Assembly (NCBI RefSeq): GCF_016433145.1
Contig: NC_058130.1
Span: 769,016,378-769,080,377, forward strand
Direction of reading: 5' to 3'
From: Gracilinanus agilis
Taxonomy: Eukaryota
Length of the DNA: 64,000 nucleotides
Part shown: positions 25,590-34,912 of the stretch, in pieces
Layout of the letters: the number at the start of each line of letters is the position of its first letter
Position numbering within the stretch: position 1 is the first letter of the stretch
Notes under the pieces: generated by a model
What the model saw: the letters and a program-made list of their open reading frames with translations, nothing else
Database searches by the model: none
Told to the model about the DNA's origin: nothing
Program-made: the position numbers and the translations under genes

Positions 25590-25857
25590 AGATCAGAACC
25601 CAGAACAATAGGGGTCACCAGGCAGATATTCTCCAATTTGGGGTGTATGGAGCATGCAGGGAAGACTAGCATCTCGGGTATAAGGGTTTGCTAAGCCCTT
25701 TTCAGGGCATATCCACCTTTGGGGTCCACCTGGCACCCAGTTCTCACCTGTGGCTCCAAGAAGCTGTAGCATGTGCAGTGGCCACACTCTGGTAAACAGT
25801 CCAGCAGATGGGCTAAACGAGGTTCAGGATAATCAACAGGCCTCAGACTCACTGATA
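25590..25857. mobile_element. RTE-derived (5' UTR-like) marsupial repeat
   Basis: AGCATGCAGGGAAGACTAGCATCTC...CCACCTGGCACCCAGTTCTCACCTGTGGCTCCAAGAAGCTGTAGCATG resembles marsupial RTE 5' regions; family not verified. Confidence 0.5.
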
Positions 25858-25865
25858 AGTTAGAG

Positions 25866-26057
25866 CAGTGGTTCCCCAATTTTTTTGGCCTACCACCCCC
25901 TTTCCAGAAAAAATTTTACTTAGCGTCCCCTGTCACCTACTATCACCGCCCCCTTACAGTTATTCACCACCCCCAAATGCACCTGTGGCCATCACCGCTC
26001 TCCTGGATTGCTGCAGCACCCACCAGGGGGCGGTGGCGCCCACTTTGGGAATCACTG
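25866..26057. mobile_element. Non-autonomous hAT (Charlie-type) MITE, related copy
   Basis: Same termini; perfect 8-bp TSD AGTTAGAG (25858-65 and 26058-65); 192 bp; the internal segment differs from the 5117 copy. Confidence 0.9.
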
Positions 26058-26097
26058 AGTTAGAGGGAAACATCCCCCTGAAGAATGAGCAGATGAC

Positions 26098-26299
26098 GGG
26101 GGCAGCTGGGTAGCTCAGGAGATTGAGAGCCAGGTCTAGAGACAGGAGGTCCTGGGTTCAAATCTGGCTTCTGACACTTCCCAGCTGTGTGACCCTGGGC
26201 AAGTCACTTGACCCCCATTGCCTACCCTTACTACTCTTCCACCTAAGAGCCAATAACACAGTATTGACTCCAAGACAGAAGGTGAGGGTTTAAAAAAAA
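26098..26299 (+). mobile_element. MAR1-type CORE-SINE
   Basis: 13-bp TSD AATGAGCAGATGA (26084-96 and 26300-12). Representative of dozens of MAR1/MIR copies, e.g. 363-567 (-), 2727-2925 (+), 23265-23450 (+), 35376-35580 (+). Confidence 0.9.
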
Positions 26300-27339
26300 A
26301 ATGAGCAGATGAGAACAATTTGTTCCAACAGCCTAGAAGGTGGCTAAAGCAGGTGCTATGGAACATGTAGAGCTTGCTCAGACGTTGAAAAAGCCAAGAT
26401 CATCTGCTATATCCCAGGCCATCATCACTAGTCATTTTGACTTTTGTCCTGCCACTGGACTTCAATGTCTCTAGAAGAGAGAGTGAGTCTATTTTGTACA
26501 AATCTGCCTCACTTCAATCCAATTCACAAGCAAGTCTGGACATCGCTCTCTGATACCATTGGTCCTCTTCAAAAAAAAAGACGAACAACAACTTGCCTGT
26601 CAAATCAACAAACATTAAAGAGCCTACTATGTGCTAAGAGCTGAGGATGCCAAGAAACTGAAAAACCAGTCCCTGTTCTCAAGTAGCTCAGAATCTAATG
26701 GTTCTACCAATTACTCCTTAGAAAATGATCTCTCTCCCTCTCAAATGTCATCCATATTTTGCCTCACCTTTTCTGTATACTCATCCCATTTTCTCTTGGA
26801 TCTTCATATAACTCCTGACAGAGAACTCCAAATTCTGACCTTACGTGGTGTGTAATTAGAATTTGCTACCCAGGACTCTCTTACCCTACATCCCCTTTGC
26901 GTGCTCACGCTGAGAGCAAACACTTCGAGCATACCCATACCTACATAGGGAGGATATAGTTTTGTGTAGCTCTTCCACCCACTTCTGGGAAGGCGGTTTT
27001 GGAGGTTGGGTGAGAGCCAGGCAGAATTTTACCCACATGTTTTTACTCAGGCTTTTTTTACTTTTCTTCTGTTATTTCTACTTCAAGGGATTACTAATAA
27101 ATCTTATAAAATATAATACTTGGAGTTATTGAAAATTAATTTAAATCTTGCATTGTACCAGGTTTAACCTTAGGGGCTACTCCAAACTGTCACTCTCCAT
27201 TTATCTTGTTTTGCCCCCAGCCAAAGTTGTGGTGTTGCTTTTTTTCTGGCTTCACAGAATTTTTCTTGAAAAGAATTTTCCTACCCATTTTGTTTCCTAT
27301 GTATTTCTGAAAATGAGTGATTTTGTTTTGGGTGGGGGG

Positions 27340-28075
27340 TATTTTTAATTTATTTAATTAATTTAGAATTTTTTTTCCCATGGTTACATGATTTATGTTC
27401 TTTCCCTCCCCTCCTTCCACCCCCTCCCATAGCCAACAAGCAATTCCACTGGGTTTTACAATATATCATTGTTCAAAACCTATTTCCATATTATTAATAT
27501 TTGCAATAGAGTGATCATTTAGAATCTATGTTGCCAATCATATCCCCATCAAACCATGTGATCAAGCAGTTGTTTTTCTTCTATGTTTCCACTCTCACAG
27601 TTCTTTCTCTGGATGTGGGTAGCTTTCTTTCCCATAAGTCCCTCAGAATTGCCCTGGATTGCTGTTAGTAGAAAAGTCCATTACATTTTATTGTGCCACA
27701 GTGTATCAGCCTCTGTGTATAAGATTCTCCTGGTTCTGCTCCTTTCACTCTGCATCAATTCCTGGAGGTCTTTCCAGTTCACATGGAATTCCTCCAGTTC
27801 ATTATTTCTTTCAACACAACAGTGTTTCATCACCATCAGATGCCACAATTTGTTCAACCATTCCCCAGTCGATGGACGTCCCCTCATTTTCCAATTTTTT
27901 GCCACCACAAAGGGTGCAGCTATGAATATTTTTATACACATATTTTTCCTTATTATCTCTGTGGGGTACAAACCCATACAAACCTAGCAGTGATATGGCT
28001 GGATCAAAGGGCAGGTAGTCTTTTAAAGCTCTTTGGGCATAGTTCCAAATTGCCTTCCAGAATGGTTGGATCAAT
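27340..28075 (-). mobile_element. L1 3' fragment (ORF2 C-terminus + 3' UTR)
   Basis: IFIAAPFVVAKNWK...GEWLNKLW...LQELMQSERSRTRR followed by a marsupial L1 3' UTR. Confidence 0.9.
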
Positions 28076-28874
28076 AGTGATTTTGTAATAAGCTAGGATC
28101 CTGGTTATCCTGGATTTGGAGCTGGAAAAAACTTTAGAGGATGATGCTAAGTCCCAACTCCCTCATAATACAAATGAGGAAACTAAGATTAAGAAAGGTG
28201 AAGGGCAGGGGCAGCTGGGTGACCTAGTGGATTGAGAGCCAGTCCTAGAGACAGGAAGACCTAGGTTCAAATTTAGCCTCAGATACTTCCTAATTGTGTG
28301 ACCCTGGACAAGTCACTTAACCCCCATTGCCTAGCTCTTACTGCTCTTCTGCCTTGGAATCAACACAAAGTATCAATTATAAGATAGAAGGTAAGAATTT
28401 AAAAAAAAATCTTGCCTCTCAAAATGAGCCTTTACCAGTTATCTGAAATACTACCTGAGGTCTCAGGTCAACTTGTTTGGGTTTTTTGAGAGTGGTGTGG
28501 AGGGTGGAGGGGGCACAGCAATAAAAATGGCTCCCTAACTTTTACTTATATGAGCAATGGCTGGGCCTCAGATTTCCCATTGGTAAAATGAAGGTGGATT
28601 TGAACTCAGGTCTTTTCTGACTCCAGCCACTGAGTCACATTAATTATCTCTTAAAATGTGTTTTCTTCTTGTTGCCCAGTAGAAAATGCATGGACTACTT
28701 GGGATCTGACTTTGTATTCCCCCCAGTGCCATTCATATGGTAGGTATTTAATCCCTCCTTCCAAAAAAATGATCTATTTTGCATACTCAGAAAGATGGAA
28801 GACTGGAAAAATTGAGAGATGCTAAATGGATGATATAAATAGACAAATAGATGGACAGATAGATACAGATAGGT

Positions 28875-29258
28875 NNNNNNNNNNNNNNNNNNNNNNNNNN
28901 NNNNNNNNNNNNNNNNNNNNNNNNNNNNNNNNNNNNNNNNNNNNNNNNNNNNNNNNNNNNNNNNNNNNNNNNNNNNNNNNNNNNNNNNNNNNNNNNNNNN
29001 NNNNNNNNNNNNNNNNNNNNNNNNNNNNNNNNNNNNNNNNNNNNNNNNNNNNNNNNNNNNNNNNNNNNNNNNNNNNNNNNNNNNNNNNNNNNNNNNNNNN
29101 NNNNNNNNNNNNNNNNNNNNNNNNNNNNNNNNNNNNNNNNNNNNNNNNNNNNNNNNNNNNNNNNNNNNNNNNNNNNNNNNNNNNNNNNNNNNNNNNNNNN
29201 NNNNNNNNNNNNNNNNNNNNNNNNNNNNNNNNNNNNNNNNNNNNNNNNNNNNNNNNNN
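28875..29258. other. Assembly gap (384 N), flanked by GATA-like repeats
   Basis: Run of N just upstream of the FICD promoter. Confidence 1.
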
Positions 29259-29787
29259 TAATCTAATAGGTAGAGAGACATACTGACTGACAGACATGAT
29301 TTATAGAACACCTTTATAGGTTCTAAACGCCCACATTTATAGAACACCTACTATGTTCCATGTATCCAAGTCGTTTCCCCCAAGATCAAGTGAGTTCCTG
29401 GAAGGCTCTTCCCTTTTTTATCTCTGCATTCCCCCAGGCACACAGTAGGCACTTGATTCCCGTGGATAGAAGGACAGACCGGGTGGGAGGAGAGATGGAA
29501 GCCCCAGGCTGGGTACCCAAGAGGAGTTTTGGGCGGGAGGTGAAGGAGGGAAGGGAGCGGGAAGTGGGCAGCCACCTCCGTCTAAGCTCGCGGAGGCGTG
29601 GCCGAAGGTGGCCTTAGCCGGTTCCCGGCGCCTCCCGTCCCCCGTTGGGCCAATGGGAGGGAGCACACACCACGCCCCCATCCCAGGCCCTGCCCCTCTC
29701 CTCTGATAGTCTACAAGCCCCAGAGAAGCACTGGCTTTGCGCCCTGGCTATTGGTTGTCGCTGACGGAAGACGAGCTGAGGAAGCAG

Positions 29788-29806
29788 CCAATAGAAGCGG
29801 CCCACG
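29788..29806 (+). promoter_or_regulatory. ER stress response element (ERSE-I; NF-Y + ATF6)
   Basis: CCAAT-agaagcggc-CCACG is an exact CCAAT-N9-CCACG consensus in the promoter of an ER-stress-induced gene. Confidence 0.8.
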
Positions 29807-29829
29807 GAGAGTTTTTTTCCTGGGGAAGC

Positions 29830-30017
29830 TGGTCCGAGGAGAGAAACCGGAAATGGGAGCGATGGACAGGTTGGGGGAACCAACCAGGAACGGGGATCGA
29901 GGCTACGGGGCGGGACCAGAATGTGGAGGACTCGGACTGTCGGCTGAAACCCGGTAGCAGCAGCTGTGATCGGGCTGGCGGAGTGGGAGGTGGGGACGGG
30001 GGCGACGGGAGCCTCAG
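29830..30017 (+). other. FICD: Putative non-coding FICD exon 1 (5' end uncertain)
   Basis: Donor CAG|GTGAGG at 30017/30018 at the 3' edge of the CpG island; matching acceptor TTCTCCTTGCAG| at 30874/30875. The TSS cannot be determined from sequence. Confidence 0.45.
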
Positions 30018-30115
30018 GTGAGGGGAGATGGTGGCCTAGGAAGAGCTGGAACCGGGAGGAGGGAGCGGTGGTGGAGAGTGGAGAGTGGGGGACAGTGCTG
30101 AGGGAGGCCCCTGGC

Positions 30116-30592
30116 TGTGACATTTCAGGGTTTAGGAAGCTCCCCTGGATGGGACATTCTGTATTGGCGGGGAAAGGGAGCTTGGGTGTGACATTCAGTG
30201 CTCGGGGGTGGGGAGCCCTGAGTGTAACACTCAGTGCTCTAGAACCCTAGCTGTGACCGTCATTGCTTGGGGGAAACCCGTAGGTGTGCCACCCAATGTT
30301 GTAGAACCCTAACTGTGACATTCAGTGCTCCACGGGTGCCCTGGCTGTGACATTCAGTGCTGGAAAGGGGGGGAGCCTGGATGTGACATTCAGTGTTCTG
30401 GGGCACCCCTGCCCCGCTCCCCCCACTTCAGAGCTCCAGAGGACCTTCTTGGCTGATAATGTTCTGGGGATATTTAATGTTTCAGAACTGTCTGGGCTGT
30501 GTCATTCAATGCTCCAGACTTTCTTCTGGATGTGACCTTCAGTGCTTCACAGGCCCCAACCCACCCCCATCCCAGCTGTGATCTTCAATGCT
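30116..30592. repeat. Degenerate array of a 16-bp core (TGTGACATTCAGTGCT), about 12 copies, FICD intron 1
   Basis: Cores at 30116, 30150, 30187, 30223, 30252, 30285, 30314, 30346, 30382, 30498, 30531 and 30577 (a possible extra copy near 30466); spacing mostly 29-37 nt with variable linkers. Confidence 0.85.
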
Positions 30593-30931
30593 TTCAGTTG
30601 CTCATCACAACCCCTCAAGGTCAGTGTTTGATGATCCCCATTTTCCAGACAAAGAAACTGAGGCAGGCAGTGGTGAAATGACTTGCCCAGGCCACACAGC
30701 TAGGAAGTAAATGTGGCAATTTGAACTCGGGTCTTGCTGAGTCCGGGCCCATATGCTGAGAGGGGGTGAGAGGAAAGAGAAAGGGCAGCCAGGGGTGAAG
30801 GCAAGAGGGGAGTGGATCCCTGCTTCGTCCACTGAACTTAAGGCCCCTGTGCCCACCCTCGGTTCTCCTTGCAGATGCTGAGCTCTCCCTCCAGCGGTGG
30901 CCATGCTCTCGGGGCGCACTCCTGAGGCCAG

Positions 30932-31238
30932 ATGACCTTCATGTCGATGGCCACGGTGGTGGCGGTGGCCGAGCCAAAATGGGTCTCGTTGGTGTGGAGC
31001 CGCTGGCTGTGGGCGATGGCCCTGCTGGGCGTGCTGCTGGGGTCCCTGCTGATGCTCTTGCTCCCCCCGGGGGCCAAGGATGAGCAGTGCTCTGTGATCC
31101 GGAAGGGGCTGTCCTCGCTGAAGAACAAGTTGGAGGGAGGCCATGGGAGCAGTAAGGGGTACAGCTCTCCCAGCACCGGGCTCAGCGTCACGTCCAGAGG
31201 CATCAATCTGCTGGTGGTCAAGCCCAAAGCGTCTCCAG
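30932..31238 (+). CDS. FICD: FICD first coding exon (signal-anchor region)
   Basis: [27 protein letters not shown]...VVKPKASP resembles the human FICD N-terminus; donor CAG|GTAAGG at 31238/31239. Confidence 0.95.
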
Positions 31239-33062
31239 GTAAGGCAGCAGGTTCTTCTTTCTTTAAACCCTTCCCTTCCATCATAGGATCAATACTAAGC
31301 ATCAGGGAAGGGCTAGGCAGTGTGAGGTTAAGTGACTTGTCCAGGGTCACACAGCCAGGAAGTGGCCACCTAGCTGCCTCCAACATGCTCTTGGAAAGGG
31401 CCTGGGGGTCTTAGCTTAGCCTGGGCTTAACCTGAGTCAACATGGCAGCCAAAGTTGGGAAAGCCTAGGATAACGAACCAGGGAGACAAGGGTCCTAGCT
31501 GCCCAGTCAGACCATACCCGGAAGCCCTCAGGTTCACTTTTTGGAGGGCCTGGAGCTTGTTGGAAAAGGGTAACCACAGCGGCAAGAGGCCTAGAGGCCA
31601 TCCAGCAATCCAGTCATCAGGGATTTTAAACCACCATTGTGTAGGGGATGCAGAAACCACTAGCAGCACTCACTCTTTGCCCTCGGGGAGCTCCCGTTCT
31701 GCTGGGGAGGAGAGAGCCAGCCTTTTGGGGAGTCCAGGAGCCCGCCGTCCCAAAGACCGGGCATGTTCTGCCTGGCTCCAGAGGGCAGAATGCAAAGCCC
31801 CTACCCCAGGCCTGGGCTGCTTTGGGAGAGTTGATTTCCGAGACTGGAGGTCCCCGAGTGGGCTCCGGAGGCCACTCTTGGGGATCTAGTTTCTCCAGGT
31901 GGCCCTGTCCTCTCACCTCCATTTCCCACGCAGAGCTTTCTTTCCAGGGAATGTCTAAGCACAGTGATCCTTTTGGTGTCTTCTAGATGTCAAGCTAGAA
32001 GCCAGAGCGGCCTTGAACCAGGCCCTGGAAATGAAGCGGCAGGGGAAGCGAGAGAAGGCCCACAGACTCTTCTTACATGCCCTCAAGATGGACCCCGATT
32101 ATGTGGACGCCCTCAATGAGCTGGGCATCTTTTCTGAAGAGGAGAAGGACATCCTGCAGGCCGATTACTTATACACCAAAGCGCTGACCATCTCGCCCTA
32201 CAACGAGAAGGCTCTGGTCAACAGGGACCGGACCCTGCCTCTGGTGGAAGAGATAGACCAGAGGTACTTCAGCATCATCGACAGCAAAGTGAAAAAGGTG
32301 ATGGCCATCCCGAAGGGGAGCTCGGCGCTGCGGCGGGTCATGGAGGAGTCCTACTACCATCACATCTACCACACCGTCGCCATCGAAGGCAATACCCTCA
32401 CCCTCTCCGAAATTCGACACATCATCGAGACCCGCTACGCCGTGCCGGGGAAGAGCCTGGAGGAGCAGAACGAGGTCATCGGCATGCACGCGGCCATGAA
32501 GTACATCAACACCACTCTGGTGTCCAGGATCGGTTCCGTCACCATCAGCGACATGCTCGAGATCCACAGGCGGGTGCTGGGTTATGTGGATCCCGTGGAG
32601 GCGGGGAGATTTAGGACTACCCAGGTGTTTGTGGGCCACCACATTCCTCCCCACCCTAAAGATGTGGAAAAACAGATGGAAGAGTTCATACAGTGGCTGA
32701 ACTCGGAGGACGCCATGAATTTGCACCCCGTGGAGTTTGCGGCCTTGGCCCACTATAAACTGGTCTACATCCACCCCTTCGTCGACGGCAACGGCAGGAC
32801 CTCCCGCTTGCTGATGAACCTAATCTTGATGCAGGCGGGCTACCCTCCCATTACAATCCGGAAGGAGCAGAGGTCCGAGTATTACCACGTGCTGGAAGTT
32901 GCCAACGAAGGGGACGTGAGACCCTTCATCCGTTTCATTGCCAAGTGTACCGAGACCACTTTAGACATGCTGCTCATCGCCACCACCGACCATGCTGTGG
33001 GCTTGCCAGAAGCAAATCCCAACCTTTCCGGATGCAGACAGACTATTCCTGTGAAAACCTAA
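30932..33062 (+). CDS. FICD: FICD/HYPE protein adenylyltransferase, join(30932..31238,31987..33062), 460 aa
   Basis: The spliced ORF is 307+1076=1383 nt, with a GT donor at 31239 and an AG acceptor at 31985-86 (phase 1, G|AT=Asp). It has an N-terminal TM segment ([21 protein letters not shown]), TPR repeats ([28 protein letters not shown]), inhibitory helix TVAIEGN (Glu at 32385, residue 236) and FIC motif [12 protein letters not shown] (His at 32772, residue 365). These match human E234/H363 with a +2 offset. Confidence 0.98.
31987..33062 (+). CDS. FICD: FICD last coding exon (TPR + FIC domain)
   Basis: Pyrimidine-rich acceptor ...TTCTAG|ATGTCAAG; open frame to TAA at 33060-62; corresponds to the 349-aa track ORF. 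Confidence 0.98.
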
Positions 33063-34889
33063 ATCTGTATGACTCTCAAAAGTACAGCAGGGATTGTTCT
33101 GGAGGAACCACCTAGAAGCCTTGGGCGGTCCTACTGGGAAACCAGTCGTCTCATAAAGGCTAGAGAGCGTAAGCATTCTTGACCTCAGAATGTTTCTGGT
33201 TTTAGTTCTTTTTTTCTTTAATAAGTCAAATTAAGCCGTGTCTCTATTATAATAATTTATAAGCTAACTAAGCCAAATTATTTATTTGGGTTTGTGTTTT
33301 AAAGCAGGCTAGAAATGTCGGACATTGTAGCCAAACTCTGGGCTGGGCATTAAGATCCTCTAGGCTTTTTGCAGGGTATTCAGGGAAGCTATATTGTGGG
33401 ATGTGTCCTGTGGGCCCCTGTATATTCTCTCCAAGCTATGCAACTAAGTCTCCTGGTCAGGAGGTGTACCAAAGTGGGAAGAAAGGTGGCCATTCTGGCA
33501 AGTCAGAAATGGGGCTACGGGTCAGGCTGCAGAAAGCCTCACTTGAGAGCACGTCCCTCTTCTGGGCCTCAGCACTGGGAGTTATTTTTATAGACGACAG
33601 GCAGCTTTCCTTTGGAAGACGCCCTTCTGTCTACCCAGACCGACTTGGTCATTAGCTTCTGCCTAGAACGCAAACTACTGAGATGTTAAATTAGAATCAG
33701 TTTTAACTTGTGGGACTTTGCATGCCTCGATTGGCTTTTTTCCCCCCAAGAAGGCTCTTTGAGCTGTACTTGTGTTTTTCTAAGGTGAGTTATTTTTGTA
33801 ATTAAGACTAACAAAAAGATTAGCCTGGTTCCCTCCCTCTCTGTTCTTCCCAGTCCCCCTTCTTGGAAGAAGAGGGGAACATCTCTTGGGGCAGAAGTTG
33901 TCTGGATATCAGACCACTCCATCATCTCTCCATCAAGCTGTGAACCCAGGACCATCAAAGTCTTAAGAATGTCTTCCCTGACGGATCACTCCTAAACCTA
34001 TTCCTTGGAAGCAGATTCTCCATGGACATGCTGAGCGAGTACAAATCTGATCTCTGACACGGGGTCGGGTGTAAGCAGCAGATCATGGTCCTTGATGAAA
34101 ACTTTGCCGCCTTTGGGGCAGCCTTCTGTCGCCCTGGCCAGTATCTTTGCCTTCTCTGTGCAATATCCTCTCCCAAGTTCTTTTCATTATGCCTTCTATT
34201 ATTATTCCCCGCTTCATCTTCAGAGATACCTCATGCTCAGCACAGGCAAAGGGCCCTCATCGTTGGGCTGAGGCCTTCTGAGCAGCTTGGAAGGAAGGGG
34301 ATGAACTCTGTTCTAGGACTCAAGGCCACGTTTCAAGGGATGCCACCCTGAGAGCAGAGCCCTTGGTGGCCCAAGTGGTATGGCTCTACCAGCCAGGAAA
34401 ATAACCAGGGTCTTTCTGCGTGATGGAATCCATCCACTTGGTGAACCTTTTGCTTAGTCACTATTACTGCATCCTATCAGTGCTGGCGCACATGTCAAGC
34501 TTCCGCCTTTCTCAACCATGTAAACAGCTGTCACAGATGGACAGATGTTGGAAGCCAGCACAATGAATGCATCTCTACTAGCTTTCTAAAAGGCTACGAA
34601 AAGCATCAAAGTCTTCACTTAATGGCCCCAGGGAATTCAAAGAGTTCCTTCTCACCCCAAATCCAGAGGATTTTAAACAGACCACTGCCATCAATTAGTG
34701 AACCCTTCTTAAACCCTAACTCTCCAGTGGATTTGGTTCTTGGGAACAAGGCTAGCTTGTTCCACAGAGGCTAGACCCCGAGGCTAGCTGAACCACTAGA
34801 CAAAAGCACTTGTTTTGATACTACAGAATGAATGAAATTTGCACTTTAGTTCTAAGTGAAGGATGTTACTCTAACAAACTACTTATTCT

Positions 34890-34912
34890 AATAAAGTATT
34901 TTATTAAATAAA
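34890..34912. terminator. Poly(A) signal cluster (FICD on +, possibly SART3 on -)
   Basis: AATAAA at 34890-95 and 34907-12 (+) are the first canonical signals after the FICD stop. TTTATT at 34900-05 reads AATAAA on the - strand. Confidence 0.6.

Larger units (their letters stand above)
29480..30060 (+). promoter_or_regulatory. FICD CpG-island promoter
   Basis: CpG/GC-rich block about 0.9-1.4 kb upstream of the FICD ATG. It has CCAAT boxes at 29650 and 29788, an inverted CCAAT (ATTGG) at 29750, an ETS-like CCGGAAA near 29847 and a GC box near 29907. Boundaries are approximate. Confidence 0.8.

Noticed and set aside
27681-27977. 98-aa ORF as a host gene
   Set aside because: It is the L1 ORF2 C-terminus, as is 60857-61189.
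28695-29347. ORFs of 146-200 aa
   Set aside because: They span the second N gap.
29650-29674. Second CCAAT...CCACG pair as an ERSE
   Set aside because: The spacer is 15 nt, not the required 9.
30116-30592. CRISPR-like repeat-spacer appearance
   Set aside because: Mammalian intron; the cores are only 16 bp and degenerate, the linkers are short and partly related to each other, and there are no cas genes.
32169-32774. 201-aa minus-strand ORF
   Set aside because: Antisense shadow of the GC3-rich FICD exon; GTG start and no recognisable domain.
33524-33539. CTGCAG in a small hairpin as an IRE1/RIDD site in the FICD 3' UTR
   Set aside because: The stem pairs the C and T of the motif, leaving a 6-nt loop rather than the required 7-nt CNGCAGN loop.
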